Position numbers and translations under genes: made by a program. Below are positions 1-7,856 of a stretch of DNA of 14,660 bases, piece by piece. Under the pieces are notes generated by a model. That model saw only the letters and a list, made by a program, of their open reading frames with translations, made no database searches and was not told the origin of the DNA. The stretch lies in contig NW_021825802.1 of the NCBI RefSeq assembly GCF_006345805.1, forward strand, positions 1 through 14,660, given 5' to 3'. Every line of letters starts with the position of its first letter. The stretch's first letter is position 1. The DNA comes from Octopus sinensis (lineage: Eukaryota).

Positions 1-39
1 TACGCCTATGTCTTCTTTTTTATGTCTTTTTTTTTAAAG

Positions 40-179
40 TAAAAGCAGGACGTGTATATTCCAGGTACAGAACAGACGATAGGAGTGAGTGTATGTACGT
101 CATCATTCAGGTTTATTTCAAGATTTCTTGCCAACAGAGAAAAAGGCCCCGTCATTGGAATTTCAACATCAATAACAAG
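40..179 (+). CDS. Candidate internal coding exon of an unidentified gene
   Basis: Polypyrimidine tract ending TTTTTAAAG at 39, with an alternative CAG at 46-48, and donor AAG|GTATTT at 179/180. The frame from 42 is stop-free (KAGRVYSRYRTDDRSECMYVIIQVYFKISCQQRKRPRHWNFNINNK); a second frame is open from 49. No family recognised. Confidence 0.35.
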
Positions 180-356
180 GTATTTTTGTTTGTATGTATG
201 TATATGTGAAAATGTATGTAAGTATGTATGTACGTACGTGTTCTATACGTACGTGCTCTATATTACAGTTCAGTAAAGGTAACAGGTGTGTGCGTGTATG
301 TAACATTACAACAGATATATGCGTGCTTGCATTACACAAAGGCAGAAGCTTTGGTT

Positions 357-390
357 GTGCTCCAGTATGGCTGCAGTCCAGTGACGAAAT
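357..390 (+). mobile_element. Degenerate SINE 3' tail fragment
   Basis: GTGCTCCAGTATGGCTGCAGTC matches GTGCTCCAGCATGGCCGCAGTC in the tail of the SINE at 4407-4795. Confidence 0.6.
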
Positions 391-430
391 TAAAACCTTT
401 AGATTTGAAGTTATACTCCATATCTGCATA

Positions 431-468
431 TTATATATATATATATATTATATTATATATATATATAT

Positions 469-502
<34 letters not shown>

Positions 503-505
503 TAT
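431..505. repeat. (TA)n-(CA)n compound microsatellite
   Basis: Directly visible. Confidence 0.95.
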
Positions 506-520
506 ATTCTTTTCTACTCT

Positions 521-730
521 AGGCACAAGGCCGGAAATTTTGGGGGAGGAGGCCAGTTGATTAGATCGACCCCAGTACGCAACTGGTACTTAATATATCG
601 ACCCCGAAAGGATGAAAAGTAAAGTCAAAGCAAAGTCGACCTCGGCGAAATTTGAATTCAGAACGCAAAGACAGACGAAATACCACTAAGCATTTCGCCC
701 GGTGTGCTAACGTTTCTGCCAGCTTGCTGC
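521..730 (-). mobile_element. tRNA-derived SINE (octopus OK/OR-type group, exact family not assigned)
   Basis: The minus strand shows an A-box-like TGGCAGAAACGTTAG and a B-box-like GAATTCAAATTTCG. It aligns end to end with a second copy at 10097-10302. An internal 11-bp duplication (AAAGTAAAGTC/AAAGCAAAGTC) lies at 616-637. Confidence 0.85.
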
Positions 731-751
731 TCTTCATAAGCATATTTTATT

Positions 752-856
752 TATTCCACCTGAAGAGGCTCTTTTGCACTGTGCGTTGCATCTGTATTAT
801 TCCACTCTAACTGGAGAGCAGTGCAACTTGAAGCCGAAACAATTGTCGTGCTAATA
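752..856 (+). ncRNA. Type I hammerhead ribozyme motif (Penelope-like-element type)
   Basis: Stem I is CAC 757-759/GTG 848-850 plus TATT 752-755/AATA 853-856. CTGAAGA is at 760-766. Stem II is GGCT 767-770/AGCC 832-835, extended by TTGCACTG 774-781/CAGTGCAA 819-826. GAAA is at 836-839, palindromic stem III ACAATTGT at 839-846, and cleavage triplet GTC at 845-847. Confidence 0.75.
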
Positions 857-1130
857 CGTTTTTTTTTTTTTGTTATACCACGTCCTTTTCTATTAATCTT
901 TAAATAATATATATATATATATATTATATATATATATATACTACCATAACGGGAATGTATTACCGCATCAGAAATTACACAGGCAACAGAACTGCTAACT
1001 TAACTTCCTGTCCAGCCGGATGTCAATGATCAAACGCTGTGTGTGCGCGCGGCGTGTTTATTAAATTGAGTACCGTGAGTATTTCAGCCATGCAGTCTGT
1101 CAGATAGAGAGTGGCAGTCACACCCACATG

Positions 1131-1205
1131 GACTGGCGAGCGTACACAGACAGACTGGCGAGCGTACACAGACAGACTGGCGAGCGTACACAGACAGACT
1201 GGCGA
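1131..1205. repeat. Perfect 22-bp tandem repeat, 3.4 copies
   Basis: GACTGGCGAGCGTACACAGACA starts at 1131, 1153 and 1175, followed by a partial copy at 1197-1205. Confidence 0.97.
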
Positions 1206-1259
1206 AGAGTTAAGAGAACTTGTTGAGTTCAAGGAGGAAACATTGAAAATACTTGGACA

Positions 1260-1307
1260 GTGTGTGTGTGTGTGTGTGTGTGTCAGTGTGTGTGTGTGTC
1301 TGTGTGT
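1260..1307. repeat. (TG)n microsatellite
   Basis: Directly visible. Confidence 0.95.
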
Positions 1308-1483
1308 GTCTTTGGCAATCCGTGTATGTGTGAGCGAGAAAGGGAAAGAGATAGAGAGCCAATCTATGCGTGTGCGCCTGTGCCTTTGATAGTGAGATCG
1401 TGTGTGTATGTGTTGTCCTTGAGTCGTGATTGAAACTTCAGATGCTTTTCAGCTAGAAGCGCGGGCTGGAGTAGCGGCTATAG

Positions 1484-2065
1484 CATCTGTAGATAGAAAG
1501 AGCTTGTAGATGAAGGTAGGAGGGGGGGAGTGAGTTACGACATCTGTCGATAGAAGGAAAGGTGCAGGGGTTATAACATCTGTTGATAGAATAGGATAAG
1601 CAGTGGTTAAGCAAGGTCATCTGTCGATGGAAAAGAAGGATTAAGGGTTCTGACAGTTGTGGATAGAAGGAGAAGAGCAGGGGTTATGTTTGATATCTGT
1701 AGACAGAATTTGAGGAGCAAGAGTTATATCTGTAGATAGAGATGGAGGAGCAAGGAGTATGACATCTGTAAACGAAAAGCGGGAACGTGAGTTATATCAT
1801 CTGTAGATTTACGGGGAAGAGTAGGGGCTAGCTAGGACATTTGTAGATAGAAGGGGAGACGAACTAAGGCATCTGTATATAGACAGGGAGGAGTAAGGAT
1901 TAAGACACCTGAAGATAAAAGCAGAGGAGTAGGAGTTATGACATCTGTAGATTGGAAGCGAGGCATGGAGGCTAAGATATCTGTAGATAGCAGTGAGGAG
2001 GAAAGGAAGTTTTGGCATCTGTCTACAAATACCAGAAGCAAGACTTATGGTATTTGTAGACAGAA
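1484..2065. repeat. Degenerate minisatellite of about 36 bp, 16 units
   Basis: Variants of the core CATCTGTAGATAGAA start at 1484, 1541, 1577, 1618, 1654, 1694, 1727, 1763, 1798, 1838, 1870, 1906, 1942, 1978, 2016 and 2051, separated by purine-rich linkers. Confidence 0.9.
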
Positions 2066-2301
2066 TGCGGCGAGCAAGGAACAGAATTTTGTGTACAATA
2101 AAACGAAAAGTCTATTCCAAATATGGCGCGTGAGTTAAATTGGGAGGAACAGTTGGTGACTTATTAGCATTGCACAACATTTCACAGACATATGAAAAAG
2201 AAAAAAAGAAAAAACGAACACGTCTGATTGTTCAGGTTTTTAGAAATAAACTCATCTATATGTATTTAGAGATATGGTGTTGAGGCCCTCGAGGGCCTTA
2301 C

Positions 2302-2358
2302 CTGCGCAGCCTGTGCCAAAGGAGAATGGAATGGTTTCGTCCAAATGAACGAATCCTG
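2302..2358 (-). CDS. Candidate 57-nt (or 54-nt) exon of an unidentified gene
   Basis: The minus strand reads CTTTCTCTTTTTCAG|CAG... (tandem NAGNAG acceptor) and ends CAG|GTAAGG (near-consensus donor). The length is a multiple of 3 and all three frames are open (e.g. GFVHLDETIPFSFGTGCA or QDSFIWTKPFHSPLAQAAQ). Confidence 0.45.
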
Positions 2359-2750
2359 CTGAAAAAGAGAAAGTTGTTTCGATTTCGTCCTAATATGCCG
2401 AAAGATATAGGTTATATATTCATCAGTGTGCATTATAAGAGTAGTACATGTACATACATGTATACATATGCATATGCCTGCACACACGTGTGTGTGTATG
2501 TCTATACATATGTATGTATATACATGTAGTTCGAGCTGTGTGGATAATACCGGGCTGACTTGGTGCCTCAACTTAAGTACCTAATTCAACTGAATCTTAA
2601 TTATTTCTGTCTGTCTCTCATATATATATATATATTATATATATATATATATTTAAGAAAGTGAATGAATTATCCTAGTATGGATAATTCGGTTAACCGA
2701 TACCTGGGTAGCAAATTCACGTCCACGTCGTTCGACTCCATTCTTTCATT

Positions 2751-2784
<34 letters not shown>

Positions 2785-2790
2785 CAGAAA

Positions 2791-2991
2791 CACTAGGGTT
2801 GCTGAAAAGTTCCTGGCTTTAAGGGTAACGCCAAAGGCCTTTTTGAAAGGCCAAACTTCCGAGTTCTATTACAGGACCGCTGCAGTAAGCGCGTGAATCT
2901 GAGAGGAGAATATACTGGATGAAATAATTAACTGACCCTCCTGTATTTTCTTTTACCCAAAGCCAGACATTTTTCACCATCCCCTCGTGTA
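2791..2991 (+). mobile_element. Mariner (Tc1/mariner) internally deleted non-autonomous element
   Basis: Imperfect TIRs of about 30 bp at 2791-2820 (CACTAGGGTTGCTGAAAAGTTCCTGGCTTT) and 2959-2989, with TA at 2990-2991. Positions 2834-2922 translate to KAFLKGQTSEFYY / QDRCSKRVNLRGEYTG*, resembling the mariner transposase C-terminus (FY..GI..L..RW.KCV...GEY). Confidence 0.8.
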
Positions 2992-3093
2992 AGTGTATGA
3001 TAAGTGCCAATGCACGAAACTCTCTGTTGCTTCTGCTAAATATTAATAAAAATATACTCATATTTTGAGCTCTATTTTTCTTGTTTGCTTTGG

Positions 3094-3445
3094 CATACAT
3101 ACATAACATACATGCATACATACATGCATACATACATACATACATACATACATACATGCATACATACATAACATACATGCATACATACATAACATACATG
3201 CATACATATATGCATATATACACACATAACATACATAACATACATACATACATGCATGCATGCATACATACATACTCACATACAAACATACATACATACA
3301 TACATACACGCATACATACACACACACATACACGCATACATACACACACACATACATACATACACACATACACACATACATACATACACACATACATGCA
3401 TGCATACATACATACATGCATACATACATACATACATGCATACAG

Positions 3446-3490
<45 letters not shown>

Positions 3491-3522
3491 TACACACACA
3501 TACATACCTACCTACATACATA
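3094..3522. repeat. Compound (CATA)n/(CATG)/(CA)n microsatellite
   Basis: Directly visible; it is the source of the MYVC- and HTYI-rich ORFs. Confidence 0.97.
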
Positions 3523-3524
3523 TG

Positions 3525-3743
3525 CTTTAGCATTCAGATTACTTAGTCAAATGTAATGTTTATGTATTCACATTAGTTTGAATTAATCGTGCATTATCTT
3601 GTAGCTGTAAGATTTCAATGAATGTCATAACAGATTTTAGGAATGGCATTGTAGGGTAGGTGTAAGAGGCCAGTTGCAGCCAGTTTGAACATAGAACAGA
3701 TAGAATATTTGGGCGAGCTCTGGCCATTTTAAGTGCTAAAGGG
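3525..3743. mobile_element. MITE, probably piggyBac-type
   Basis: Terminal inverted repeats CTTTAGCATT 3525-3534 and AGTGCTAAAG(GG) 3732-3743 (9/10 match) bracket about 220 bp of non-coding sequence. The right end (AAAGGG) is consistent with CCC-starting piggyBac ends. The TTAA TSD is eroded. Confidence 0.55.
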
Positions 3744-3747
3744 ATGA

Positions 3748-3891
3748 AGGCCTCCACGACGGTGGAGTTACGATTTCAGGAGAACGATTGGGATCACGTG
3801 GATGAGAAGGGCGCGATCCAGAGAGGAGTGGACAACGTGCTGTGACCAGCGGTGTCAAATGGACGCTGACGGACTGGTCGGTCAAGGTGAT
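3748..3891 (+). mobile_element. RTE-clade LINE, 5'-truncated 3' end
   Basis: The frame from 3748 reads RPPRRWSYDFRRTIGITWMRRARSREEW, matching the RPP.RW.D......W...A..R..W C-terminal motif of RTE ORFs. It ends at CAAGGTGAT before a (TA)n tract. Confidence 0.75.
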
Positions 3892-3904
3892 TATATATAT
3901 ATAT

Positions 3905-3962
<58 letters not shown>
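3892..3962. repeat. (TA)n microsatellite
   Basis: Directly visible. Confidence 0.95.
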
Positions 3963-3965
<3 letters not shown>

Positions 3966-4406
3966 CATGGATAGCCCCACAACATGTGTGCAAGCGCACA
4001 CACTATGGCTAATGACTAAACACATACCAAATATAATTAATTTTTCAAGGCAAGTATTTATTGACCTTTTTCTTTCCTTTAGAAATCGGCATGAACTTTC
4101 TGGGCAACCCAATACACACACACACACACAATATATATATATAAAATGCATTAAATACTACAAAACGTACACGTAGGACAGACAAAGAAGGACCCTAATT
4201 CTTCATCAGTTATCGACCAAAACACCAAAACACAGTTTCATTTTTCATTTATTGAGCGACTGAACGCCACGCATCCCGACTTTTGTTAACAGAGATGGCC
4301 AGATAACCGAAGAGATGGTGTTGTGGATTTCCACCTCGGCATCCGTAAATCAGAGTTTTATCTTGGCTATTGAATAATTGTCACATATTATTTTACATAT
4401 ATATAT

Positions 4407-4795
4407 GAGTGGCTGTGTGGTAAGTAGCTTGTTTACCAGCCACATGGTCCCGGGTTCAGTCCCACTGTGTGGCACCTTCGGCAAGTGTCTTCTACTATAG
4501 CCTCGGGCCGACCAAAGCCTTGTGAGTGGATTTGGCAGACGGAAACTGAAAGAAGCCCGTCGTATATATGTATGTATGTATATGCGTGTGTGTGTTTGTG
4601 TGTCTGTGTTTGTCCCCCTAGCATTGCTTGACAACTGATGCTTGTGTGTTTATGTTCCCGTTACTTAGCGGTTCGGCAAAAAGAGACTAAGTACTGGGCT
4701 TACAAAAGAATAAGTCCCGGGGTCGAATTTCCTCGATTAAAGGCGGTGCTCCAGCATGGCCGCAGTCAAATGACTGAAACAAGTAAAAGAGTATA
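4407..4795 (+). mobile_element. Near full-length tRNA-derived SINE with internal microsatellite
   Basis: A box TGGCTGTGTGG at 4410-4420 and B box GGTTCAGTCCC at 4453-4463. A CORE/V-like GGCACCTTCGGCAAGT follows, then an internal (TATG)/(TG) tract. The 3' stem-loop CAGTC-AAAT-GACTG is at 4763-4776. Confidence 0.9.
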
Positions 4796-5061
4796 TACCC
4801 GCCGGTGTATCAAAAATCCGAAAACGTACACCAAGAGCAGTAGAATATACAGATAAAGATAGATGCCTGCTCCATTGGGGGGTTACCCTGGGTTTCACGT
4901 CGAAACAGCGCTTTGCTTACATGTTTGATTTGTATATATATGTGTGTGTGTAATTTCAGCTATTTCTTGTACAAAGCAATATGAGATATTAATACACCGA
5001 TGACTCAAACAAAAGAAAAAGGTTTTGACACGAGTAAGGTTTGTGGTAAGTCTTATCTATG

Positions 5062-5177
5062 TATACTCTTTTACTTGTTTCAGTCATTTGACTGCGGCCA
5101 TGCTGGAGCACCGCCTTTTAATCGAGCAACTCGACCCCGGGACTTATTCTTTTGTAAGCCCAGTACTTATTCTATCG
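5062..5177 (-). mobile_element. SINE 3' tail, same family as 4407-4795, interrupted by an insertion
   Basis: Reverse complement of 4688-4795 with only a few differences. Family-like sequence resumes as TTCTATCGGTCTCT at 5413-5426. Confidence 0.9.
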
Positions 5178-5407
5178 TTTATTAGAGGCAACCAGGGCGC
5201 GAAACCGATTCACAAGAAACGTCAATTCCATGTCCTGTCTTGACTTAGATTCCACAAACGTGTGTGTGTGTGTGTGTGTATGTGTGTGTGTATGTATGTG
5301 TGTTGTGTATTTGTCAGTGTGTCTGATACATACATACACACATGTATACACACGTATATAGATATACATATATGTGCGCGCACACACACACACACACAGA
5401 TGATAGG
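5174..5407 (-). repeat. Inverted duplicate of 6265-6481
   Basis: 5174-5261 is the reverse complement of 6394-6481 with 3 transitions in 88 nt. The CA/TATG-rich remainder also matches, apart from repeat-length changes. Confidence 0.95.
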
Positions 5408-5646
5408 ATAATTTCTATCGGTCTCTATGTATATATATATTATTCTTGGTAAATTCTGGGAATGTTGTTGACAGTGACTTCGAAGTTTTGGCCAGCTTAA
5501 TCCATCGTCTATCTATCGGTGTGTGTGTGTGTGTGTGTGTGTGCGTGCGCGGCGCTTGCAAGAAAGATAGAGAGAAAAGATAAAGAATGTCAATGTACTC
5601 TCGACGTTATTGTACACTTTCCATGTTAACTGTGACTACAACCAGG

Positions 5647-5702
5647 AAGTGAGTGAGCGAGCGAGCGAGCGAGCGTGAGAGAGAGAGAGAGAGAGAGAGA
5701 GA
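5647..5702. repeat. (GAGT)/(GAGC)n-(GA)n compound repeat
   Basis: Directly visible. Confidence 0.9.
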
Positions 5703-5850
5703 AAGTAGGTCTTGAACACACATCAACTGCTGCTGCCCGACCCACAACAAGCGCAACCACATTTCCTTCTGAAACGAGGAGGAATTTCACCGCCCGCTAT
5801 GTATTTATTAACTGGCCTTATTTATTATATATATATATATATTATATATA

Positions 5851-5966
5851 CTGCTTCGGCTACTGCTGCTGTTAGTGCCGTCGCTACTACTGCCGCCACC
5901 GCCGCCGCCACCGCGCTGCTGCTGCTACTACCACTGCTACTGCTGCCACTGCTACTACTACTACAG
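5851..5966. repeat. GC-rich compound trinucleotide repeat (CTG/CTA/GCC)
   Basis: Directly visible. Confidence 0.9.
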
Positions 5967-6162
5967 CTGTCATCAACAAAGCATAACTGACAGCACTCGA
6001 GCATATCGTTGTTTAAAAGATTCTTATTTTTGACACATATTACACTCAGTGTGTGTGTGTGTGGTGTGTGTGTGTGTGTGTGTGTATGTTGGAGTCTCCC
6101 CCTCTTTATGTATGTGTGTGTGTGTGTGAGTGTTTATAAGTATTCACATGTACATTTGTGTA

Positions 6163-6204
<42 letters not shown>

Positions 6205-6264
6205 CGCACACACACACATACATAAAACATTAAATACACACGTACATATATAAATCTATACATA

Positions 6265-6271
6265 CCTATCC

Positions 6272-6304
<33 letters not shown>

Positions 6305-6481
6305 GCGCGCACACATATATGTATATCTATATACGTGTGTATACATGTGTGTATGTATGTATCAGACACACTGACACATACATACACACACAAACGTTTG
6401 TGGAATCTAAGTCAAGACAGGACGTGGAATTGATGTTTCTTGTGAATCGGTTTCGCGCCCTGATTGCCTCTAATAAACGAT
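6265..6481 (+). repeat. Probable donor copy of the inverted duplication
   Basis: Reverse-complement match to 5174-5407. Confidence 0.95.
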
Positions 6482-6588
6482 TCTACTTCCGGAACTCCTG
6501 TCCGCCTGTGGCCTCAAGGATTACCGTTCAGCGCACAACACCCCTCCTTATCCCCATATCAAAATCTGAACACCCTTCCTTTTTCAGA

Positions 6589-6950
6589 GAAGCTCGCTTT
6601 GCAAACCAGGTGTTTCGGATTCAGTGGTGCCTCGTGGCACCTTGAGCAAATAGTCTTCTATTATAGCCCTGGGCCGACCAATGTCTTCTGTGTGAACTCG
6701 GTCGGCAGAAACAGCGTGGAAGTCCGTCATATGTGTATATGTGTCTGTATTTGCGCCTCCGCTCCCACCACCGCTTGATAACCGGTGCAGGTTTGTTTAC
6801 GTCACTGTAACTTAGCGGTTGGGCAAAAGAAACCCTTAGAATAAGTAGTAGACAGTAAAAAGATAAGTACTGGTGTCGATTTGTTTATCTGAACCCTCTA
6901 AGGCGCTACTCCAGTATGGCCACAGTCTTATAATAACTGACACAAGTAAG
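6589..6950 (+). mobile_element. Older diverged copy of the 4407-4795 SINE family
   Basis: Colinear matches include GTGGCACCTTGAGCAAAT, GGGCCGACCAA, GTAACTTAGCGGTTGGGCAAAAG, CTCCAGTATGGCCACAGTC and ACAAGTAAG. Confidence 0.85.
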
Positions 6951-7137
6951 TCTTAGTGAAAGATAAGGTCAGGGCTCTCCAAGACCGATAGGAAGAAGGA
7001 AACGGTGTCTTCAGAGCAAAGTTCTAGCTTGAACACTTGTACTGCACAAGAGGCACTCAGGGTCTGGTGGTGTTAAATCGAACGGAGGATGGGAGCCTAC
7101 TACTCCCCAGCAATTGGACCTGGTCATTCTGACATTC

Positions 7138-7283
7138 TTCCACATTCTGTCTTACAAATTTTACCCGCAAAGCTTCGCTGGATCTTCGGGTGACTGGAGA
7201 AGATGTTTGATCAAGGTGCCGCACTTTGGGACCGAACCAAAAACTACATTGTTGCGAAACGGATTTCTTAACGGCACAGTCAT
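7138..7283 (-). mobile_element. Highly diverged SINE head (same family)
   Basis: CAAGGTGCCGCACTTTGGGACCGAACC...TTCTTAACGGCACAGTCAT aligns with the reverse complement of 4407-4545. Confidence 0.65.
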
Positions 7284-7596
7284 CCATATCCGTAGAAGTC
7301 GATTAAGCGAGTGATACCCAGGTCACCACCCCACCCACCCCGTTCATCCGGTGACGATAGTCGGGGTGGGGGAGAGGGTTAATTGCGTTGCACGCTCAAT
7401 TCGCGGGTTATCGTTTTTTAATTGCATGACGTTTCCCCAAGGCACATAAAAGGTTGACACTAGACCAGCTGGGAATCGAAACTGGTTATTGGGTATATAG
7501 TTACAGAGCAGTACTATATTCATCATCAACATCATGATTATCATCACTGCCAACAACAACGCCATCACCAACCAACCTGTTGGTTATGCAGGATAC

Positions 7597-7597
<1 letters not shown>

Positions 7598-7654
<57 letters not shown>

Positions 7655-7657
7655 ATA

Positions 7658-7706
<49 letters not shown>

Positions 7707-7760
7707 TGGATAGATAGATGGATGGCTAGATGAATGGATAGACAGATAGACGGACGGACA
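7598..7760. repeat. (TA)n-(GA)n-(GATG/GATA/GACA)n compound microsatellite
   Basis: Directly visible; it leads into the 14-bp array. Confidence 0.95.
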
Positions 7761-7856
7761 GACAGACATAGATAGACAGACAGAGAGAGACAGACAGACA
7801 GAGGCAGAGAGACAGAGACAGACAGACAGAGGCAGAGAGACAGAGACAGATAGAGA

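Noticed and set aside
1484-2065. CRISPR array
   Set aside because: The repeats are too degenerate, the linkers are mutually related, the context is eukaryotic and no cas genes are present.
2302-2340. PFSFGTGCAG as a cytochrome P450 heme motif
   Set aside because: One residue short of FxxGxRxCxG, and it lacks the Arg.
2380-2430. CTGATGA...GAAA on the minus strand as a third hammerhead
   Set aside because: There is no closing pair for stem II, no stem III and no GUH. The motifs at 1909, 4203, 7008 and 14008 fail likewise.
2819-3556. Cluster of MYVC/HTYI-rich ORFs
   Set aside because: Products of the (CATA)n/(CA)n microsatellite.
3892-3962. Recurrent single-base phase slips (TATT) in several (TA)n tracts
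   Set aside because: Most likely ordinary slippage or long-read consensus error.
4293-4344. Possible plus-strand exon (TTAACAG|...ATCC|GTAAAT)
   Set aside because: Weak donor, 52-nt length and no recognisable peptide.
7321-7370. Pseudoknot (GTCACC/GGTGAC crossing CCCACCCCG/CGGGGTGGG) as an HDV-like ribozyme
   Set aside because: It lacks P3/L3, P1.1 and P4. The pairing is plausible by chance in a G/C-run patch.
7344-7571. Signal-peptide-like ORF (MVMALLLAVMIIMMLMM)
   Set aside because: The hydrophobic start derives from a CAT/CAA trinucleotide tract.
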